A stretch of 63,983 bases of DNA, filler included, from Vannella sp. (Eukaryota), in assembly GCA_023345925.1 (NCBI GenBank). It is 7 parts of 7 records of this genome, joined end to end, with 100 filler letters (N's around TTAATTAATTAA, not from the genome) between each part and the next. Parts side by side here need not be neighbours in the genome. Positions count along the whole stretch, not along the records: positions 8,716 to 21,926 come from JAJQQN010000561.1; positions 22,027 to 30,398 come from JAJQQN010001446.1; 5 more parts are not named here. One strand, written 5' to 3'. Under the pieces are notes generated by a model. The model searched no databases. It saw nothing but the letters and a program-made list of their open reading frames with translations, and was not told where the DNA came from. Position 1 is the stretch's first letter. The number at the start of each line of letters is the position of its first letter. Position numbers and translations under genes: made by a program. This document shows, one piece after another, positions 11,701-23,653 of the stretch.

Positions 11701-14700
11701 GCTCTTGGGCTCAACAGCACTTTAGTCAAACTCACCTTCAGTTACACCCAATGCAGGCAAAGGCAGTACTGCAACATCTTGAGGCGCTTGAAACTTAACC
11801 AAACTCTTCTTTGCCGCCGGGAACAGAAGGGCTCATTCTCTCTCGTTCCCTCAAAATCCAAAAATCCAGATGATGGGGTTGAGGCCTTCAGTGGTCCATT
11901 TGGAAACGTCGGATTACCTATCGACTGTTTACAGAAGTTATCCTTTCCGGTTGTTCGCTTAGTTTTATCGAATCTAGGTCTCACTGATGTCCCCAACCTA
12001 AGCGGGCTATCTTATGTTGAAGAGTTAGTGTTGTCCAGAAATAGGTTGAAAGAGTATTCCCTCCCTGCTAATGCTGGATCCTTAAGGGTACTTGACCTAT
12101 CGTTCAATTTTTTGGAATCAATACCAAAGTGTCTGGGGAGCCACATTAACCTTCGAACATTGCTCCTAAATCGTAACCAAATAACGGATACTACCGAAAT
12201 CGTCACGTTGGCCTCGCTCAAGTTCCTAATGATTCTAAATCTTGCCGGAAACTGGATCAACTCCATTCCGCTGGCGGCCTTGCAGAATCTCAACCTTAGT
12301 CGACTCAATCAATTCTATATCGAAGAGAATTCTATGCACCCAGTGAAGGCCCAACTTTATCAAGCCTTCTTTTTACATTCTGACACATTAGATCTCAGTG
12401 GCGCTGGACTGGTGAGCTTACCAAATGACTTTATGTACCTGAGCCAATTCCTGCGGAGACTCAATTTATCGCGCAATCTTATCAGGCAGATGCCTCCCCA
12501 ACTATGCGCTTTATCTAACCTCCGCCACATCTTACTCAAAGAAAATAACTTCCAAGATATCGGGGATGTTTCTCTCCCTGCTTCAGCAGATCAATTGCAA
12601 ATTTTGATGAGCCAGGATGAATTCAGTCGTAGAAAGACCATCGAGTCCACCGAGAGTGATGAAAGGTTACCAGAGAGAAGAAGACGCCGAACGAGTACAA
12701 TGAGTGACATTCGAAATCGCCTCTCTTTGAGAGTCAAATCCATGCTTTACGAAGAGGAACAAGAATGCCATTCGGTACAGTTCTGTCCAGAGAGTCAGGA
12801 ATTCTTGGATACTCCCTCGAGGATGTCGGCGAAAGGCCGAAAAGGTTCGAGACCAGTCTTAGATGTGTCATTGGATGTCAAAGCTAGTGCCCGCAATACT
12901 GCTAGCAATCGCATTTTCAAATTGGTTAAGATCATGCATGTTGGAGAGGATAATCAACTTGCCGACTTCGCCTTTGATTACCTGCCAACTCTCAAGGAAG
13001 TAGATTCCAAACGTTCTGTTGCCATGGGGATTCATCCTATGAAGGGCTCTATTCCAAGCTTTTGTCAATGCCAGTCGAAGCACTGCTCTAGTAGGACAAT
13101 CAATATTGAATTGTACCAGCTTCCTCTCACTAAGATGGAAATGTGGAACTTCTGCGGTGTTGACACGCTTCAAATTCAATTCTTCCCCAACGAGGAGGCC
13201 ATTTACGTTGTTTACTTTGACCAAACAAAGCCTGTCGAACCCCAAGTCACGCCGCATTTGCAAATTATTCATTCAAGCTGTTTGAAGCCGTTTGTGATTC
13301 TTGCAGGCTTCACTTCCCGGAATGGCTCTCAAATGTCTTCGGAAGAGCTAACTAACGAAGTTGCTGCCATTCAGCAGCGTGGATTCCGATCCATTCGATT
13401 TGTTCATCTTCTAGAGATGACACCAACTGATCTGAGTCAACTTTTAGGCTCTATTGTGACCATTATTCGAGCTGAAAAGACTCTCTCTATCCAACTCAAT
13501 ACCAAGGACAAAATGCTCATCGATGTTATCGAGAATGAGAAGGAATATGTCACTCCCCCCATTGTATCTTATGATGATCTCTCGGCCATGGCGCGTAATT
13601 GCTGTCTTGACTCATTCTCAGAACCCAAGCCAATCGTAAGGTATCTCAGTAAGATTGGCCGGGTTCTATTTATTGACGATCACAACCTGGGCCTGACTAA
13701 TGTTGTGATTCTGAACCGTAACTGGGCAGTCTCGGCTTGCTTGGAACTTCTCTGCAATGCCACTGTTCTAAAAGACGGAGTCATCTCTTTGTCTAATCTT
13801 GGATACATCTGGAAGCCTCCCTGCTATCCAACGCAGTTTCTTGGCACCATCTCTGCCTTGTTGATTAAGTATGAGATCGCATGCGTTTTAGAACTTCCTG
13901 AGGGCCCTTCTCTTCTATTTCCCTCTAAGATGCCTTTGGAGAGGCCCCTTCTCTTTGACATGTGGCTTTCTCCACAAGATTACTTCAGATTACCCTCGCT
14001 GCTTGAGCATCCCCAGCCTCAGCTAGGAAGGCGCTTGACCTTCATGCCTCGTGCTCCTCACAACTTTATGGGTCGATTGATTGTACGATTGCTTAAGCTC
14101 AGTGTGGCTTCGAGGTATTGGCAAAATGGCATTGTGATAGAGAGGGAAGGCAACCGCGTGCTTGTTGAACTTTGTCCACGCACAGCGACAGTAACTTTTC
14201 AGTTCCGCCGCATTTTCCCCGGTCAAACGGACGAAGGAACGTTGGTCCCATTTATCCGATTGGTGATGGAGATTGCCCGGCTACTGACAGAGAGTTATCG
14301 AGTTCCTTTTGAATTCTCTGTTCTGTTAATATCTCCTTCACTTGGCATCCGAGAAATCCTGGATATCCCAGAAGCAAAGGTGTATCAAGATCTGCTCGAT
14401 AATGTTTATCACACAACCGGATCGAAGGGAGAGAAGATCCTTTACTCCGAGGTTGCCCCTGATATCCTATTGTGCGACCTTTGGGGCGATAAGATTGACT
14501 TTGGGGATGTTCAGATTAACGAAGTGGTCGGACAAGGGGCTTTTGGAAAGGTATATCGGGGAGTGTACCTTCCCACTCAAACGCTTGTGGCCATCAAGGA
14601 AATGCAGAACCTTGACAGTGAAGCTCTCCAAGCATTCAGCAGGGAGGTTTGGATGTTACAGTAAGTTCTTCAACGCTCCATTAAGCGTAGATCTTGTCTG

Positions 14701-15507
14701 ACTAATTCTAGTGCCCTTAAACACAAAAATATTGCGGGTCTTGTTGGTTTCTGCTGGCAGCCTCTTGGAGTGGTGCTGGAATTCATCCCTTTTGGAGATC
14801 TCTTTGGGTTCTTGAAAGATCAAAGCAATGTCCTCGATTGGCCTTTGCGTTTGAAGATGGTGCGCCTCTCTAAGTTCCTAATAGGTCTGTTCTAACTCTC
14901 AAGAAGGCGGAGGATATCGCCTCTGCTATGACTTACATGCATGGCCATGAACCTGTCATTGTTCATCGAGACCTCAAAACACCCAACTGCCTTGTAAGTC
15001 AAATTGGAGCAAACAAAGTGTTCTCACAAAAGAGAATCAGATCTCTAGCTTCTCTGTTGACGAGGTGACGGTCAAAGTGACTGACTTGGGAGAAGCAATG
15101 CTCCTCTCTGAAGCCAACACGGGTCGCGGGAACCTTCAAAATCCTATCTGGATGGCTCCTGAAATCTTGAGAGGCGAGTTTTATGACCAATCTTCTGATG
15201 TTTACAGCTTTGGCATCATCTTGTGGGAATTGGTGGCTCGGCAACTGCCTTTCTCAGAGTTTCCCGTTGCTGAGTCCCCCTTCAAGTCCCAGGTAATGCC
15301 GCTCAATGGAATGGCTCAACCAGATTTCTGACTTGCGATCAGCTGGAAGATGCAATTGTCGATGGACTTCGACCAACAGTTCCAAAAGATTGCCCACAAA
15401 AGTATGCGGAACTGATTGAAGAGTGTTGGAGCGACATTCCTCAATCCCGCCCAAGCTTTCCTGTCATTGTTGAACGCATCCAGGAAATGCTTCTAGTTAA
15501 CAAATAG
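8716..15507 (+). CDS. Roco-family multidomain protein: DEP, pseudokinase, GTPase-like, LRR, Roc-COR, TKL kinase (5' end probably cut by contig edge)
   Basis: DEP motif KNRKYMLKTYKNCFVGEKAVLWL. CAMK-like C-lobe DAWGVGTLLYTLLCGEVPF. RI-like and classical LRRs. COR (YLSKIGRVLF, VVILNRNW). Kinase motifs GQGAFGKVY, VAIKE, HRDLKTPNCL, DLG, WMAPE and DVYSFGIILWEL across about nine exons. Stop 15505-15507. Confidence 0.85.
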
Positions 15508-15677
15508 ACATTACTGCAATTCGGAACCCAACATACGGCACAACGCTTCGATACAAAACAAAGTTATATATAAAGTGGAAGCAACCAAAACTTGAGAGGG
15601 TGTTCCTTGGTCTCAAATGAAAACTTTGAGTGTTAGAATGGAGAGTTTAGAATGAAAGAGGCCGGCTTATTCGATGA

Positions 15678-16581
15678 TTATCGGTCATCCTCATCCAAGT
15701 CATCTTTGCTGAGTCGAGGTTCTTCTTGCAGTAGAGAGTAATGGACATCTTCTAAGCACGATTCTCCATCAAGACGATAGCGATATTTAAGCCAAAGCTT
15801 GCGCACATAGTAGGTCAGAAGGAAAGACGCCACAGTGGAGAACACGAAAGTGAAGCAAAGTCCGGCGATGAACCCGTAAAATCCGAATATAATAGGCGAT
15901 GTTAGCAAGAAGTATCTACCTAGATACGTGTTCTGCGCGTAAATCGATCGATTATCAAGGCAGCTACGGGAGTCGTCACAGTAAGAAATGAATACAAAGT
16001 CCATACACTCTTTGCATACTCCTCGGATGCATTTGCCAGTCCATTCAACACCAGTGGCGTGTAGATCTTCTCCAAAACTAGAAGCTTTTAGACTCGTTTT
16101 GCCTGAGAGGCTGCTGCAGGTGACTTACATCACACGGCCGCAGAAAACAGTGTCGTTTACACCTTTGACGAGAGTCATTCCGTGTTCTTGTAGTCCTTGG
16201 TCACAGTTACGTCCAATGATAGTGTCTTCAAGTACTCTGCACATGCCGTAGTCCAGCTGGTAACGAAGAGTTAGTGGACAATAATCCTGTCAGGCTCTAT
16301 TGACCCACATCTGCGATGGAGGAGACACAGTACTCATTCAAACCGCACCCACATCTTCTCTGATGCTTTCCTACCAAAGGATTGCACTGCACGCAGGTAC
16401 CTGCCACGCAATAAGGCCTTTCCCAACATCAACACCAAGAACAAAGTTCCTTCAGTCCCTCTCACCGGCCCGCAATGCCCTGACAGTCATTCGGTGTAAT
16501 ACATGTTAGCTCTGTATGAGCAACAGGCTGTGCGCCACACTGAAGGACAACAAGAGCGACCAACACCCACCCGGTTGCCAT
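15678..16581 (-). CDS. Cysteine-rich type I membrane protein of unknown function
   Basis: The spliced model gives signal peptide MATGWVLVALVVLQCGAQ, a Cys-rich ectodomain (PYCVAGTCVQC, EWTGKCIRGVCKEC), a hydrophobic TM segment and an acidic tail. Three short GT-AG introns. Confidence 0.65.
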
Positions 16582-16683
16582 GGCAACCATAAAATGACCA
16601 AAAATAAGCCAGCAGAAGCTCTCCTCTTCCGAAATGAATATATTTTGATTGTGTTGGACGTAGCCAGAAGGATGAGCTTGCAG

Positions 16684-17922
16684 CTAGTTATTGTGACGGA
16701 TGAAGCGGGAAATCGCTTGGGCACTGTCTTTGGCTTCTGGGAGCCATCCAATGAACAGGTTGAAGTCGTGTGGAAGGTTTTGGTACTGGTCAACGCTGAC
16801 CGATACGCCTGCTTTCTTTAGGACCTGGGCGAAGCGAAGAGAGTCGTCTAAGAGAATCTCTGCGGTTCCCACTTGGATGTTTGTTGGTGGAAGGCCTTTG
16901 AACTCCTCTACAATGATTTGTCAGACAATGAATCAAGTGATAACAGAAGCGGTATACCTGATGGCCGTTGGAGAAGGGAGTAAGTCTGTTTCAACAAGTC
17001 AGTTGGAGCCGCCCATCCTACACTGTCTTGAAGTAATGTCAGCCGGAGAACGCCATCTTGGTCATGATTTGTTTGAAGAGATTCTCCTGTAAGATACAGG
17101 TCTGTCCAAGGGGAGAGAAGGACAAGCGAAGAGGGACTAGGCAGACCGTTTTGTTTTGCAGCCAAAGCCACAGAAACTGTTAAATGCCCTCCAGCAGAGT
17201 CACCCATGAGGATGATATCTTGGGGCAAGATGCCATGCTCTTTCAAGAGGAACTGGTAGGCTGCTGTGCAGTCCCGAATCCCTGCAGGCAGAACATGTTC
17301 TGGTGCCAACCGGTACTCTGGAAGGAAGACTCTGAAGCGGAACGATTCGCTCTCGCTCCACAGGTTGGACTGCTGTTCTATTTCAAGCATCATGTTGGCC
17401 ACTGCTCCTTTGAAGCTCTCAATGCTCCCCCCCATGAAGCCTCCGCCATGAAGGTAGAGAATTGTCATCTCCCGATGACGTTCTCGTCTAACCTCGGGGG
17501 TACGGGAGGTGATCCAAAAGGCAGGCATCTTACCGGGGGTATCTGAAAGAGGATAGTTCTCTAAAGTGACCTGAGCGTGGGGAGGAAGAGGGAGCATCGA
17601 GCCAAGAGTGTGGTCCAGGTGTTTGCGATACTCTTGAGGCGTCTTAGACACCGTTTTGCTCCAGGCTGGATCCATTTTCAGGGCCTTTTGAATCAGATAT
17701 GTCTCAATACTAGGTCTAGTGTGCGCCTGCCTCTCAGAGTTACACCTTCTCATCTCCAGAGTGCCTCCTCCTTACATCGCTCCCATAGAACCTGTGATGG
17801 CAACCAACCAACACCCTGAGTACACCAAACTGCATCCACATCACCACTTGGCTCCAATCTCCTCCACTTCCCCAAACCGCAGCCAAAACCACCAAAGGAA
17901 CCAAACCCAAAGCCAGCCACAT
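16684..17922 (-). CDS. Alpha/beta hydrolase, hormone-sensitive lipase-like family
   Basis: YLHGGGF, YRLAPEH, GDSAGG nucleophile motif, LLSPWTDL, GTAEILLDD and HDF. N-terminal hydrophobic leader. Multi-exon. Confidence 0.9.
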
Positions 17923-18103
17923 CCCCAACCAAACAAATAATGACTATCTGTTACATAATAATGCTTTGGCGTAAGAAAACCAGATGTGCCATGAAATTCA
18001 TTCAATCTAAGAGTTCTGGACATTAATTGCATTTCACCAAACGCTGATTGGCCAGGAAATCTCGTTATGTGGTCTTTTGGCATTTCCAGGAAGAGCCGAG
18101 GGG

Positions 18104-19780
18104 ATGAGAGCGCGCTGCAAGCGCTTGGCCACTTGCGCACTTTGCCAAAGATGTTTGGTTGATTGTAATAAGAATCTGTGTGGGCAGCGAAGGAACCTGG
18201 TGCATCGAGCGCGTCATCTGAACACTCTCAGAGCTCCCTCCCGACATCCGTTTACGCCTCCAGAGAACGTGCCTTATCTTCACCCTCCTCCTCTGTTTCC
18301 TCCATCTGGGACTTTGCAGATGATGGGGGAGTCCTTTGGATCAAACAGTACACGTGGATTGACGTACCAGCCTCCACGGAAAGAAGGATTATACTCGCCC
18401 GTGTTCGGCGAAGATCTCAGCCAGATCTCTCTCCTACGCCACTTGCATGAAAGGAAAGAGCTCCTAGGACAAGTGCACACTGTTAGAATGAAATTCTGTA
18501 ATGCGGGAGGGATGGTAGTCGACTGGATTATCACAGAAACGGCTGACCGCGATCCCTTCTCAAAGGAGGATCCCAGAGGCCTGTTAGGAGGTGGATTGAT
18601 GTCTGACTTGCTACCTATGAGGCAGTATCTGGTTTCTGGAGTGGTACTACCCTGGAGTATCCTCCCTTCCCCATTATCCCAACTACCCACTGCTATTCAG
18701 GTCCAGTCCACATCTCGTTACATTCCTCCAGGGTCTACATTCAAAGTGTTCTGCAATGACTTTGACTATCAAACTGGCCAAGCTACCTTCCAGATGGCGC
18801 ACCATTCGGCTCCGGTCTTCAGGCTTCCCCGCTACATTCAATCTCAATTGACTTTTGCGGGAAGAGTTCCTGCACCATCACCCAATGATCCCCCAAGGAA
18901 TTCTAACTCTCGACCACGATTCTTGATAATAATGGACTTTGAAGCAAGCTGCGATTTTGCTCCAAACCCGGTAATTACTCCGGAATCAAGCGAGATCATT
19001 GAGTTTCCATGGGTTGTGCTGGACACCAATACGTTAGATATTGTCTATCGGCGTCAGATTTACGTGAAACCTCAAATCATGGAGGGAATCACCAACTTTT
19101 GCCAGAAACTGACTGGAATCCTGCCTGAAAGGTGCGAGGAAGGAATTACTCTTGAAGAAGCTCTCCAAGAGTTTAGCACTTTCCTAGAGACTTCAATACT
19201 GCCCCATGGGGAGAACAGCTTCCAAATCGTGACCGACGGGGTCTGGGATCTCGAGGCTCAACTCCGCCTGGAAACCTCCAGGAAGCAAATCTCCCTTTCC
19301 AACTGGTTTTCACAATACTTCGACCTTCGAGATCAGTTTCGAAAGTTTTATTCTTGGTTTCCCTTCCCCTCAAACGCGCCCGGTCTCCCAGCAATGCTGA
19401 ATGGTATGAAGCTCTCTTAGATTTGGTAGTTATCTCACCCCACTGGAATAGCGTATTCCCTTCAGATCATCGGCCGCCATCATAGCGGAATCGATGATTG
19501 CTTAACAATGGCCCAGATAATCAAAGTGCTTCTGCAACTCCGTGAGTCAATCCATTACAATAAGTTTCTCTTCTTATAACGTCCAGATCCGAACACCTTC
19601 ACTCATCCAAAGACAATACCCGAAGGGCACAATCCTCGAAGTAACCTCCTTCAATATGGATGGTCAGCGAGTTGCCCGCCGGGATCTTGGTTCTGCCAGA
19701 ACGTCAAATGTGCTGTTTGGAACCAACCGTTCTTGGAGAGCTGTAAATTCTGCCTACAAGCTCGTGGAACAGCCTATTGA
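18104..19780 (+). CDS. ERI1/3'hExo-like DEDDh 3'-5' exoribonuclease with C-terminal RanBP2-like zinc finger
   Basis: MDFEASC, EIIEFP, FCQKLTGI, TDGVWDL and, in the next exon, GRHHSGIDDC. The last exon encodes WFCQNVKCAVWNQPFLESCKFC. Confidence 0.8.
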
Positions 19781-19860
19781 GCTGTGTGATGTGTTAAAGT
19801 GTTGTTGTACTCAAAAGAAGAGGAAGGCTCCTTGAAGGTGCGAATTTATGTACAAAAGTG

Positions 19861-21917
19861 CTATTCTGGCCCGGCTTTACTATCTTTCCTGGGAGGGGAG
19901 TCTACTTGCAGGGAGGACAAAGCAGAGCTGATATCCTCTGGCTCTGGAATGTCGTCCACTGGCGGACGGGGACTAGAAGGACTGGAAGTCGGAGGAGGAG
20001 CAAGAATGTGCTTTTTTGGGTCGTGAGAACTTGGAGTTGAAGTAAAAAGATGAACTTACGTGATTTGGGCGCGACCAAATACGAACGCTTGGCTCATTAC
20101 CAGTCGTCAGGATAGCTTCTCGAGTGAAATGGAGGCTGTTTGAAGCTACATTATGTGCAACGTGTTCTCCAATCGCTTCCATCATTGGGACCTTTAAAAA
20201 GAATGAGGATACTTCAAGGCAAACAGTTCTCTTGATAGACACTCACCTCAGAAGTCTTTAACGCGAGGACAACTAATCCACCAGATTGCTCCAAAAGTGG
20301 GAGGGTTGGAGGAGCTGACTCCGGCACTTCAGAGCTTTTGACTCTCCTTCGCTGTATGGCGCTCCTGGAGCGTCCTCGACTCCCTTTGGTGGAGATAGAA
20401 CGAGGTCGGAAGAGGTTCTCCCGCTGAAATTCCCAAAGAAGGAGTCTTCCGTCCTGTCCAACTGAACCAAAGCGATAGGATCCCTGAGAGCACTTCCACG
20501 GGTCAAAGGCGACATCAGAAACCCAGCTGTGGTGTCCTCGGCAGCGAGTGACAAGAGAGAGATCACGGACCGACCAAACTGAAACCAGATCGTCTTCGCC
20601 CCCAGTCAACATATAGAGACCGTCAGGGCTCCAAGAGACACAAGTGAATGCTCCAAAAAAGCTTTGGAATGCGACCAGACTCTTTCCAAGCTCCACACTT
20701 AAGCCTGAAGAAGCCCGAGAGGAGCTCGTTGACGAATTGCTGATGTTTGTGGCACTGCCCATCTCCTCACGGTACCCTTCCATATCTATCAAACGGAGGA
20801 ATCCGTCGCCGCCAGCTACAGCTAAGTGACACCCATCTGGAGAGAAGCTAATGGCATAGATAGGAGCAGTTGAGAGCTGCCACTTCATCAAAGGGTTCTG
20901 TTGTGGCTGGCGATTCTTCCAGACAGCAAATAAACCAGGCTTTGTCTTCGATAGTGAGCTTAGCAAAGAATCTGAAGGCACATTGGCGCTTGCAGCTTTG
21001 TACTCCAAGTCAATAACTACAAGTGATCCATCAAGAAGGCCACAGAGTACCTGCTTCCCCTCTTGGCCAGGCATCCACGCCAAACAGAGAACAGAAGACC
21101 GCAGAAACAACTGAGAAGGCGCCCGAGGGCAAAGCGCACTCCTCCAAGGCTCATAAATGAGAATCTCCCCCGTCGAGAAGCCGACAAGCACCAAGAAGAG
21201 CTCCTGGCCAGGTTGTGAGTTGACACATCCAAACAAATGGCTTGAAGGGTAGCGTTTGCACTGTATCTGGTGAGGCCAGCTTGCAACGTGAAGCTTCTTC
21301 ACCGGTTGACTCTCCGTCCCTGCGTTGGGGCTCGTTCTCTGTTGAGGGGGCGAGGGCTCTTCCACTGGTTCAGGGCTTTGGACACTGGCGAGCTTGGGCT
21401 GGTGGAGGTAACGGTCGAGGAAGACGGAGTCCTTCTTGTTGAACAAGAGGAAGTATCCTCCGTCTGTTTCAGAGGTCTGGAGTGTTGGTTCTACGTATCC
21501 TTCAGTGATGACTTGTTTAAGGAAGCTACGAGGAGGGCTGAGAACGACTGAGCAGCGCGTTGGATGGTGGTGGAGGGGATTGAACGACTCCTTCAAGGGT
21601 GTAACGTAAAGAGGCATGCGGTGGGTACGCTGCAAGCTATACTCTCCCTCTGGCGTGTCAAAAGAGGGGACAACAGCCTTGCCTGAATAGCTGCGCGACC
21701 GAAGAGCACGAAGAGGTCGCATCGGCGCCTTCGCCTCGCCCACTGGCCTGACCGACTGGGACAAGAACTCGTTCGCTGCTGGCACTCTCTGGCCCGCTCT
21801 CAAGTCCGTCATCGAGTCCACCAACGTCGAACCCACAGGAGAGAACCCCTCCACATCCATATGAATGGCCTCCCCCAATAGAATGGCTTTCATAATCATT
21901 TCATTGACACTCACCAT
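19861..21917 (-). CDS. WDR20: WDR20/DMWD/CreC-like WD40 protein (deubiquitinase cofactor)
   Basis: SFFGAFTCVSWSPDGLYMLTGGEDDLVSVWS, CRGHHSWVSDVAFDPW and YRFGSVGQDGRLLLWEF are characteristic of the family. The 3' exons and the stop position are inferred. Confidence 0.8.
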
Positions 21918-21926
21918 GTCTCAGGA

Positions 21927-22026
21927 NNNNNNNNNNNNNNNNNNNNNNNNNNNNNNNNNNNNNNNNNNNNTTAATTAATTAANNNNNNNNNNNNNNNNNN
22001 NNNNNNNNNNNNNNNNNNNNNNNNNN
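21927..22026. other. Artificial contig linker
   Basis: N44-TTAATTAATTAA-N44. Confidence 0.98.
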
Positions 22027-23335
22027 CGTCTCCTGGACGATTCCGGGTCCAAAACTTGGTTGTTCGGTCATTCCCGCCCGTGCAAAGGATGTGGCCCAAC
22101 GGATGCCAAGCCATGCTCCAAATGCTGTTCTAGTGAGCTTGGTGAATGCACGCCACCGGTTCCTCCTGGCCACATTCCCAGAACAGAATCGTTCCGTCCA
22201 AGTCTCCGCTGCAGAAGGAGCGCTCGTGGTACGGATGCCACACCACAGAGGTCACCTCTCGACTGTGCCCTTGGAAGGTCTGAAGCTCCTTCATCGTCCG
22301 GAGGTCGAAAAGTTTCAAGGTCTGATCTCGCGATGCTGTCAGCAACCAGTTCCCGTTCGCGTTGCACACGACATCGACAACAGCGTGTTTGTGATCGTGC
22401 AGAGTGTGCACTCTCTCGGACAGCCGCGGATCCCAGATCATCACTTTGTGATCTTTTCCTCCGCTGACGAGCATGGCCTTGGTGGGATGCCAGGTGATGC
22501 ACTTGACCTCTCCAAAGTGTCCTGTGAGCGCTGACTCTTGGCGACAGCTCTTGAAGTCCCAGATAATGATCGACTTGTCGTCAGAGCAGGATGTGAGCTT
22601 CGAGTCCGAGGGAGAGAAGCCGAGGCCTCGAACGGCTCCGTTGTGGGCTTGGAAGGACTTGACCATGTTCATGCTACTCTGATAGTACTTGATGATGCCT
22701 CCATCATCGCAGGAGACCATCCATTCGCCATCATGAGACCAAATCATTCCGCGGATGGCCGTTTGATGGGCTTGGAGGAGCGTTTCGAAGTTGAAAGTGA
22801 GCCCGTTCCAGAGAGTGAACTCTCCACTAGAGATTCCAGTGATCAAGCGATGCCCCTCGGGTGTCCAGATGACCTGATTGACAGGATGGCGCGTTTTGTT
22901 CACGGAGGAGTGAATGAACTTGGTTGTGAAGCTTGTGGAGGCGTTGTGGTCCCAGTAAGAAGGTGGAAGGAGCTCAGGGATGTATGCAGCGGATGGTTGT
23001 AAGGCAAAGTGGTCGCGGTGATCCCTTTGGAAGACCTGGCGCTCGAAAGCAAGCAGAGCGTCGGATCGGTAGTCCACGGTGCGCCTAACAATGGCTTTTC
23101 TTGTTCTTTTACCATCATACACCGGTTTGGACGCTAGGAACTCTTCATAAGCGGTCAACGCTTGCCTCGGTCGTCCCCCCGTGTAGCCTGCTTCGCCAGG
23201 GCCTCCTCCTGCTACTCCTCCTTGGTAGCCTCCACCACCTCCACCTGGGGCATAAGCTCCTCCTCCCCCACCTCCTCCTTGGTAGCCTCCATAACCGCCA
23301 GCTTGCACCCCTGAGTAAGGGCCCATCGAACCCAT
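22027..23335 (-). CDS. WDR33: Polyadenylation factor WDR33/Pfs2/FY (3' truncated at contig end)
   Basis: [45 protein letters not shown] and, at the end, [16 protein letters not shown]. Gly/Tyr-rich N-terminus. Confidence 0.92.
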
Positions 23336-23448
23336 CTTCTAACAATGAACTTCAAAAGGAGAAGAAACTCAAATCCTTAAATGAGATCTTGGGAGGGAAG
23401 ATTATTCCCCCATTATTGCGTGATAATCCACTGGAGAAGGGGCGGGCA

Positions 23449-23577
23449 GAACTCGTATTTGCGTTGCTTGCCCTGATGACCTCCATCTCTTCAGGATAAG
23501 CTTTTGGACTGATTTCATTTTTTTCACTTTTTGGGTGTTTGAGGACCCAAACAAGGGGAAATGCCCCGCCACTCGTG
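23449..23577. repeat. Dispersed ~130-bp intergenic repeat, copy 1
   Basis: Near-identical to 60240-60370. Its 5' part also matches the reverse complement of 31084-31164. Confidence 0.9.
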
Positions 23578-23653
23578 ACTTCTCTTCAATAAACCATTTG
23601 GACATCCCATTGCGCAGGGAACCTGAATTGGCGCATTGTTTGTTTACTTTTTG

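Noticed and set aside
23470..23565. CTGATGA...GAAA in the dispersed repeat as a hammerhead ribozyme, or TGATGA...CTGA as a box C/D snoRNA
   Set aside because: The required hammerhead stems cannot be built convincingly, the C-to-D spacing is only about 30 nt, and copy 2 has CGAATGA at this site. An Infernal search would settle it.
23402..23605. Short ORFs sharing ILKRWRSxGxATQIRVLP (23402-23605, 30975-31268) as a small-protein family
   Set aside because: The similarity is explained by the DNA repeat. Starts, lengths and frames are not conserved, and copy 3 has a stop.
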